A stretch of DNA of 63,465 bases, counting the filler, from Platydemus manokwari (taxonomy: Eukaryota), in NCBI GenBank assembly GCA_037951405.1. It is 5 parts of 5 records of this genome, joined end to end, with 100 filler letters (N's around TTAATTAATTAA, not from the genome) between each part and the next. Parts side by side here need not be neighbours in the genome. Positions count along the whole stretch, not along the records: positions 54,036 to 63,465 come from JBBMOY011250430.1; 4 more parts are not named here. One strand, written 5' to 3'. Shown here piece after piece: positions 55,291 through 63,465 of the stretch; within the stretch, counting starts at the first letter, position 1, and the number at the start of each line of letters is the position of its first letter. Under the pieces are notes generated by a model. The model was not told the origin of the DNA. It did no database searches and was given only the letters and a program-made list of their open reading frames with translations. A program made the position numbers and the translations under genes.

Positions 55291-56202
55291 GAATTTAGAT
55301 TATTTTAAAATTAAATTATAATTCATATCACTGTTGTCACATCGATTATTTTCATAAAATAATGTTGTTCGAGGCAAATAATAATCTAAATAAGGTAGAC
55401 TACACTTGTGGCCTTAATAAAAACTCAATGAGTTCACTTAAAGTGAAAATAATAATAAAAATAATATAAACGATCAACATTAATAATAAACCATGTAAGA
55501 TCAAAACGTAACAAAAGACATTTAATTTATTATTAATTAAATTTATTATTATTTAGGAACTAATCTTATTTAATAATTTTAACAAAATACATTATAAATA
55601 AATTTGGTAACTATATACTTTGAATAATGAGGACGCAGATTACATGAGCTCAAGGCTAAAGAAAAGAAATATTTACCAGTAATACTTAAAATTAGTCACA
55701 TTATTATTGTTTTATACCATTTTCTTGAATTTTCTGTTTTTATATATTATTAAGTATTCGAATTGAGCACAGCACAAGCAATGAAAATCGGAATTAGCCT
55801 TACTGGTGTCTCAACATAATTAATTTTAGTGAATTTTTGATTTCGAAACATCTGAACACAGTTTAGAACCCTCTGATGAATGGTGAATAAGTCCAAGCAT
55901 TGGCTTCTGTAAAGCAAAAGCTATACTTTAAATTTAATATTTTTAATGTAAAATTTTCTGTAACAATTAAACTCTTTTCCTAAATATCTTAATAATTGAC
56001 TATATCAAGTTTGAATACGTTCTGAAGTGTTTAATAATAATGTTATCATCAAACTGTAATTTAATTTAATTTAATTTTGAAATTAGGTTTTTTATATATA
56101 GCAAAATTTGTTTAAATATTGCTTAAATATTTAACTTCAAGTTGGTTTTGATTAAAATATATGTAATATTCTGTGTGATTAGTTTATTTTAATAATTTAG
56201 AA

Positions 56203-58434
56203 ATGGAACGCATAGAAACTTTTTCAGATTTTAAATTGTCTAGTCAAGTTATTAAATCGTTAACTGAAATGGGTTTTAAAAGGCCTACGAAAATTCAACT
56301 AAAAGCTATTCCTTATTGTCTAAAGGAAAAAAATGTTGTAGTACAAGCTAAAACTGGAAGTGGAAAAACCTTAGCTTTTCTAATTCCACTGATTGAGTTA
56401 CTGCAGCAAAATAACTGTAATAGCTCATTTGGAATACAAGCTCTAATATTAGTTCCGACAGCTGAATTAGCTTCGCAGACTATTAATGTTTTATCAAGTC
56501 TAATAAAGTATCATCCAAATATAACCTATTTGAGTGTTGTTGGTGGAAAAGCTCATGTAATATTTTTAATTGTTAAACAGTTTATTATAATCGTAGACTG
56601 GTAGGAAAACTGAATGGGAAAATATTGATAGAGCAAATATATTGGTATCGACCATAGGAAGATTACTTGAACATCAAGAAAAAAATTATAATTTGGATCT
56701 ATCAAATTTGAAATATTTGGTTATAGATGAAACAGACTATCTATTAGAAAAAAATTTTCTAGACGAAATGGATGCCGTTCTTAATCACTTACCTAAAAGC
56801 CGAACAACCTGGATATTTTCTGCAACGCAGATTAGTGGTACTGAAGAAATAGAGCGCTTATCGATGACTAATCCTGTATTAATTGGTATGGAATCAACAG
56901 ACATCAAGATTCCAAAAAACTTAACTCAAACTTTTATGAAAATAGAGTTACAAGATAAAATTCAGGCACTTTGGAATCTTCTTGATGCTCAACAAAATGC
57001 AAATGTTATAGTATTTTTTTCAACACAAAAACAGGTTCTTTTTATGTACCGTTTATTTTTGGAATTAAAACCAAGTTATAAAATATTGCAATTGCGAAGC
57101 AATATGAGACTTGACAAGCGCATTGATTCAGTAAATTTGTTTGCGCGTAATAAAAATAGTTGTGTTTTATTTGCAACCGATGTTGCAAGTCGAGGGTTGG
57201 ACTTTCCAAACGTTTCACTCGTTATTCAATATGATCTCCCCAAGGAATTCGACGATTATGTTCATAGATCAGGTCGTACTGCTCGTTTTAACTCAAAAGG
57301 GGTTTCAGTATTGATGGTCATGCCTTCTGAAATGGAATTTATGACTCTACTTAAGCAAAAGAATATAATCTTAAAGCAGATTCGTGGTAATGTTTTGGAA
57401 TGCCAAAAACAGTCAATAAGTGAGAAAGCTTTTATAAAGTATTCTAGTAATTTAGAACTCTTTAAAATTGCGAAAAGTGCGTTCTTAGCTTATTTAAGAG
57501 ATTATGCTAAAATACCTCCACGTTTTCATTCATTTCAAAATTCGAAAGATATTTTCGTTTTAAATAAACTCCCGATAAAAAAGTTTGCTAAATCCTATGG
57601 TTTTCGAACGATTCCAGAAGAAGCATCCGAGCTTGGGCATATTTATCAGCAAATTCCGTTAAACCCATTGGAAAACAAACCTTTCTTTGTTGTGAAAAAG
57701 AAATTTGAAAAAACTAATAAATCTAAATTGGATTTAGTTTCGGATGATGATAGTTCATCTGATCAAATCGAAGAAGTAAGTGTTTTATAAAATTGATAAC
57801 TTTATATATAATTTATCGTTATATTTTTCTAACTGATTTAAAATTTTTTAAATATCGATATTATAGTTTTCAGTGTATTTCAATATTTAGTTTAATTTAG
57901 GCATTTAAATTTAGAATTTGACGATTATGTTCATAGATCAGGTTGTAATCAAAATTATATTATTATTTATCGACGAATTTTAAAACATAATCAAAACAAT
58001 ACCGTGTTAATTGTTAATATTATCATTTTATGTCATCGTATTTTGTTAATATTTATACTTTTGATTTTAGAATTTAAGTAGATCGATTTTTCGGTTGCTA
58101 ATATATCAATTATTTAAACAAAGAGAATAATATTTTGTAATATTATGGCGATATCCTATAATTATTTAATTTAATACAATTTTTTGTCTAGTGATTTGAA
58201 TTAATACTATTTTTTTCAGATGGATGTCGACCAAAATGAAGAAAAAGTAGAATAATTTTCATTTTAAAAATTTCTTTAACATTTAAATTTAAGGATATCA
58301 TTAAGTCATCATTTATATTCGAAGAAGCTTTAAATGAATTACAGTCAAAATCTAAACAAGATCATGCCTATTTCAATTCAGTTATCAAATCGAAATATTA
58401 TCGTAAAAGGGATAGATCTTTTGATCATGAATAA
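56203..58434 (+). CDS. DDX10: DEAD-box RNA helicase DDX10/Dbp4-like; exons 56203-56556, 56597-57775, 58220-58246, 58294-58434
   Basis: Q motif, AKTGSGKTLAF, DETD, FSATQ, ATDVASRGLDFP, YVHRSGRTAR, AFLAYLR..F..KLP..FAKSYG and a DDX10-like tail EEALNELQ..D..Y...IKSK; in-frame GT-AG joins (40, 444, 47 bp). Confidence 0.85.
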
Positions 58435-59039
58435 AATTTTTCTATTTTTAAGAAAGAATTATATTTTTAAGTCCATGTTAAATTGTTATTTTCTTCTAGA
58501 ATTTTTAAAAATTAATAAGAGTCGTGTTTGTCAATTGCGAAGTGTGGCAAATTTATAAAACTGGTTCTTTAAGACTCACCTTGAGTTTGTTGATGAGTTT
58601 AAAGCAATAATTGTTTGGATGTATCTTCGAGAGATCTCTTCTTTTATCGCAAATTTGACTTAATTTATCCTTTAGAGAGATCCTCAACATATCTTTTATT
58701 TCGTAAATATTGTTTGAAATATATGATAAGTTTATACACTGCCAAAAGTTTCTTTTTCGTCACACATTAGCAAATACTTTATCTTTTCCTTTACAATCAA
58801 TTTAATTCAAAAATCTTATATCTCTGTTATCGGTATTCAATATCATCTCTTTATTGGAGTGTGGATAAATTAGAATTAATGTGGTTGATAACTCCTTTAG
58901 TTTATAAAAGATTCTATCATACATTTTGGTCCATTAAACTTTCATCATCGCATGGATTGAGGGTAATAATTTTCTCCATTATTGAATCGATCTCCATTGT
59001 TTCACGAATTCTGGTTTAATTAATTGATTTAATTCTAAT

Positions 59040-59600
59040 TTATATTGTCAAACATTGATTTCTGCGTCTTCTTCGTTAGTTATATGACTCGAGAAATTTA
59101 AATTCTTAGTGTTAAATGCACACTGAATTGATTTTCAGTACCGATGGTTCAATCAACTAGAAAACATTGTTAAGACTTGAATTTTGCTCAAATGTTCTTA
59201 CATACACCAATATTTCGTCCAGATAAACAAAAACGTATATAAATTCAATTTATAAATATTGTTTGTATCAACCTCTTAAAAGTTGCTGAACCAGAACAAA
59301 GTTCAAAAGGCGACTAATGAAAACAATTTTTTACTGAAAGCGGTTTTTAACTTGGAATCTTCTGTGTTTGAAAAACCTACTTCTTCATTCAATGAATCTA
59401 ATAACACTTGAATATCTAGCAAAGGAAAAGCAAATTTTTCAATTTTTTCATTTAATTTCTAAAAATCTACATACATTATTATTGATATATCTTTCTTGGA
59501 AATTACTTATAAGAATAAAAACATTTTCTAAGATATGCGATTAGATATAGTGAATTTTATACCTCTTTGCAAACGAAGAGTACTTGCTAAAAATGAGGGA
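59040..59600 (-). mobile_element. Degenerate Ty3/gypsy reverse transcriptase
   Basis: RKLNEKIEKFAFPLLDI, KTAF, PFELCSGSATFKRLI, VYLDEILVY, LKIN, FKFL in canonical order with frameshifts. Confidence 0.8.
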
Positions 59601-59659
59601 AAATTGCAATATTGATATTACTTTGTCAAATTTGTATATGTATTTAAGACATATATATA

Positions 59660-59970
59660 TATATCTGCAATAAAGTGTGGTAGATAATGGGTATGTGATG
59701 GTTTTTTATGGATCATCATTATATCTATTTTTATATAAATATCTATACACTGTTTGTGTGGACATTATTTGATATGTGATTGATGTTAAAAATGCACATA
59801 TCATCAATATATAAAGGGACTGTTTTTTCAACATGTTTATTATCGATATATATTTTTTGTTCGGTAGATTTATCGGCTGGTGTTTGAAATTTTTTGTGAT
59901 TTGTTCCACTTTAGTTCGTACTAAGTTAAATTGAGAAGCCATAAAATTGAACCATTGTCTTGTATACATT
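59660..59970 (-). mobile_element. Possible Tc1-like transposase N-terminal relic
   Basis: MSTQTVYRYLYKNRY..YPL resembles the SxxTVxRxLxxxGY..KPL motif. Confidence 0.3.
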
Positions 59971-60009
59971 TTCTCAATGAAACATCACTATCAACGGCAA
60001 TTAATGATA

Positions 60010-60530
60010 AAAATGTCGCCCGTGCATTTCAGAGCAGCGTTTTGACCTAGAAATCAAAGTTCGTTTTAAAAGGTAACTTGTGAGATATCATTCCAAGCTC
60101 TTACCAAGCTGATTTTCAAATCATTAATAGAGCTTATGTCATGTCGACAATTCTAAAGCTCTGTTAATAACAAGCTCTAAACGCATTAATCCATGACATT
60201 TAATTCTGGGCTTTGGGTGAGAGTATCCTCCAAATAAGGAGCCGATTGCTGAGGAAATTGAACTGAAATGGTTTCTGTGTAAGCCCTGGCACAATCCTAC
60301 TGCCATGTATATATTTGGTCATCTATTATATTTCGTATATCGCTGAACATATGTGGACACATATCTTCACAATAAACTCGTTGGTTTTATTGTTTGTTTC
60401 TTCCTGCTTTTAGGACTCTGATAATATTCTTCAAGAAATCGAAGATTCATGTTGCCATACCATGAAATTGCAGCATAACAAAGAACAGATGGTGCAAATT
60501 GTCTTATATCACAAAGAGATCTTCCTCAGG
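60010..60530 (-). mobile_element. Degenerate Tc1/mariner transposase catalytic domain, DDxD type (maT/rosa-like)
   Basis: SVLCYAAISWYG, WQ*DCARAYT, SPELNVMD*CV*S, INDLKISLVRAWNDI. Confidence 0.78.
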
Positions 60531-61607
60531 CATGTATATTTCAGTAAAAACTTAAATGTACTTTTTGTCTATTTTTCTTACCTTACTTTTCAATTATAAG
60601 CTGCGAGAAACTACTAGTCTTTGAATAACTCTTGAAGTCTAACTATTTCAATATCATTCATGAAAGATTTCTCTAATTTTGTTACTACTTATATATATTA
60701 CTCCTCTTATCCTTATTATGAATAATCATTTTTTTATTTTCTTTCTCCATTGTATCATAAAATTATTTTCTTTTTCCTATTCTAAAAATTTTATTTAATC
60801 ATAAATTCTCATTCCCCGAAAAATTAATTTCTAAATTTCGTCCAATCTATAAATTTCTCTTATACGGTTTGCGGGAATTAACGCATGCTGTTCCGGAATG
60901 TTGATTGGGAATAAGAAAATTGGTGTTTATTTTTTAATAGCATGTATTTTGATAAGCTAAGAACTGAGAAGCTAAAGACCTAAAGATGAGGACTGAGATT
61001 GATAGGATGAAGACTTCGTTTATATATAATTGATAAATTGAATTGAATTACAGCTTAATTATAATAAATTAATCGAAAAATCAATAGAATTTATAATTAA
61101 TATTACACTAATATAAGCATGGGAAATTAATGCGCGCTACTGCCACACATCTAAATATAGTACTTCTACTAAAGTTGAAATGTAATTCATATTTAACTTA
61201 GTCGGATAGCAACTGAAGTCATTACAATACTCATTTGACACGCATAGTTAGTCACCTAATTAAATCTTTTGACAATTATTCAACCCTAAATCGGTAAGCT
61301 TTCAATCGATTTTATCATTCATAAATTGACTCGTCTTTTAATTTCAGACCACACATTTAACACATCTCTTCAAATTTTCTTATATATATCTGGCGAAATT
61401 TGAGTGGGGCCTTGACATTCATTTAGTATTAATATTTACATTAGTATCTATTGATTAATTTTTATTTTGGAAATAATATTTTGGTTATCAATTTAGTCAT
61501 TTTAAATATGAATTACTAGAATTATTATTGATTAAGGACTTTAATTTCTTTTGTTTTAATCTAAATCGATATTTACTTTTATATATGTAATGATTTAAAT
61601 GTTAAAT

Positions 61608-62318
61608 CAGTGGTTTTCAACCATGGTTCCCCCAGAACACTCCAAGGGCTCCGCAATTTCTAAATTGCTAAATTAGAACAACGAACAAATAAACAACATG
61701 TTAAGTTCGATCTCGAAAATCTATTTTATTATTATTTCATTATTATTTTTATTATTGTTTTATTATTACTTATTGTTTAAATATACACAATTAACATAAT
61801 TTAACTCTTTACATTTGAAAGATCACTTTGTCCTACCACTATTAAGTTTGCTTTTATATATTTTGGTTGCTGGCTTATAAAGGAATATCCTGCAATTCCC
61901 AGGAAGCTCTACGACGTTTTGTGCAATTTTCAACCTCATGTTTGTGAGAATTTGGATTTTCTACTCTGACAACCATCAAACCCAAGAAACGAGCACAATT
62001 GCTGTCTGTGGAAGATGGACTTTGTGTGTGTCTGTCAAAAACACGATGGAATCTTAAAGAGTTGTGCAAGAAACATCAGGGTCAAATTTCCCACTGAGTT
62101 TTTGATAAGAATACATTGAGTCTATTCAAACATGTACAATATTGTTTTCATTTCATCAACAAACATGTACAATACTCTGAACATAAATACTTTAATTTCA
62201 TTTTTAAAAATTAATGCTGTTTTTTGCATAAAACAATTAAATTATTGCATAGTGGTTGCTCGAGCTACAGGAATGTTTCCGTGGGGTTCCTCTACAGCAA
62301 TAAGGTTGAAAACCACTG
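61608..62318 (+). mobile_element. Non-autonomous hAT (Buster/Charlie-type) element, 711 bp
   Basis: Perfect 15-bp TIR cagtggttttcaacc, perfect 8-bp TSD tgttaaat (61600-61607, 62319-62326); remnant dimerisation domain KEYPAI..FSTSCL*EFGFSTLTTIK..QGQISH* at ~61860-62097. Confidence 0.95.
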
Positions 62319-62573
62319 TGTTAAATTATCATTACAATAATAAATTATCTTAGTTACAATTGATCGATCCCATTAATTTTAATAGTGGTAATATTTTTAT
62401 TGATATTATTATTATTATTGTTTGTTCATATTTTAATATTAATAATAACAATTATTATAATCATATAATAATAATTATAATTTTTATTATTAATATTAAT
62501 AATTTTATTAAAGTATTATTATATTACAATGTTGTTAATAAGCAAATTCATATCAAAAAATTATTTTTTCCAG

Positions 62574-62728
62574 ATAATATTTGGGAAAAACGATGGATGG
62601 CTTTCCATGCCAATGGAGATTTGATTTCATATGTCGATTCTGATAGCGCGAAAATTGACGAATGTATTCTAAATATTTTTCAAGAAGAAACAAATATTAC
62701 CTTTGGTTCTTCTATCTCTCTGGACATG
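62574..62728 (+). CDS. Internal exon encoding part of a PH domain (PLEKHB/evectin-like)
   Basis: ttccag acceptor, gtaaat donor; WEKRWMAFHANGDLISYVD resembles PH strands 2-3; other exons not identified. Confidence 0.55.
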
Positions 62729-63339
62729 GTAAATCGTTTTCAGTTCACTTGTCTAAATTCTTATGATTAAATTATGTAAAGCTCAGGTATACAAAATTGA
62801 TTTACATTAAGTACTTGTTATATAATTTATTATGAGACTGATACACAACAAGATTTTAGCAATTTATTTGTTTGACTAGTTTTCGTTTATCTGAGGCTTA
62901 AAACTTTTATTGAATGAAAATTTTTAATTGGTAATTATTGAAAATATTGTTTATCAGAGACTGAAGAGTACAACATTTATTCATATTTGTATAAAGTAAA
63001 CATATTTAAACAAAAAAATAAATAATTCGAGATACATTCATGCATTATGTCAGTCACCTCTTCAAAAATATATTGGAAAGATAATTTCACTAAAGTAATT
63101 AAACTATTTACATTCCTAATCCACAAATGGATTAATGGTGTTTTAGAATTCTTGATCTTGAGTGTATCCAATTGTTTTTTGAAGTGAAATGTTTGGAAAC
63201 AAGCTATAATTTGAACATTTGAAAAATTGTGAGTCAATGTCCAAGTCATTGATTCTTAAATATCCATGAAATTAAATAATTATTTGTTGTATTCATTCTA
63301 ACTATGAAATTTTTATTCATTTAATTTTCCTTATTATTA

Positions 63340-63465
63340 TTAGGTTGGTGCAAAAATAATGGCCTTTTTTAAATTGGCTTTTCATTTGTAAATATTAAAT
63401 TGAAGATCTTATGAAAATTATTCATATAATATATCATTTTAAAGCTTTCTTTGTGCTCTGTTGTT
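63340..63465 (+). mobile_element. Mariner left TIR (Hsmar1/cecropia-like), element runs off the window
   Basis: TA + ttaggttggtgcaaaaataatggc, close to the Hsmar1/MADE1 TIR TTAGGTTGGTGCAAAAGTAATTGC. Confidence 0.7.

Noticed and set aside
55840-55890. Hammerhead ribozyme (cgaaac..ctgatga)
   Set aside because: Stem II cannot form

Overview
Very AT-rich eukaryotic DNA, most likely from a compact invertebrate animal genome, with GT-AG introns mostly 40-67 bp. It is not one locus: four identical 100-bp linkers (44 N + TTAATTAATTAA + 44 N) join five scaffolds (1-11131, 11232-24145, 24246-33676, 33777-53935, 54036-63465). Recognisable spliced genes are a class IIa HDAC catalytic exon, an uncharacterised protein built from ~35-40-aa repeats, an M-Ras-like GTPase lacking its P-loop segment, a calcyphosin-like protein, BAP31/29, the 3' part of UQCRC2, a complete DDX10/Dbp4-like helicase, two UVRAG-like exons and one PH-domain exon. 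Between them lie many transposon relics: an RLE-type non-LTR retrotransposon, Ty3/gypsy, Penelope-like, mariner, Tc1-like, pogo/Tigger, a hAT element with perfect TIRs and TSD, a MITE and solo-LTR-like repeats. The most unusual signal is that several 'intergenic' stretches read, across frameshifts, as collinear deletion-compressed relics of normally single-copy host genes (DNA polymerase epsilon, Elongator ELP2, the UVRAG C-terminal half in inverted orientation), while several otherwise clean genes lack a terminal piece. This suggests a decaying duplicate gene set. All homology calls come from by-eye translation against remembered family motifs; no searches were run, and relic boundaries are approximate.
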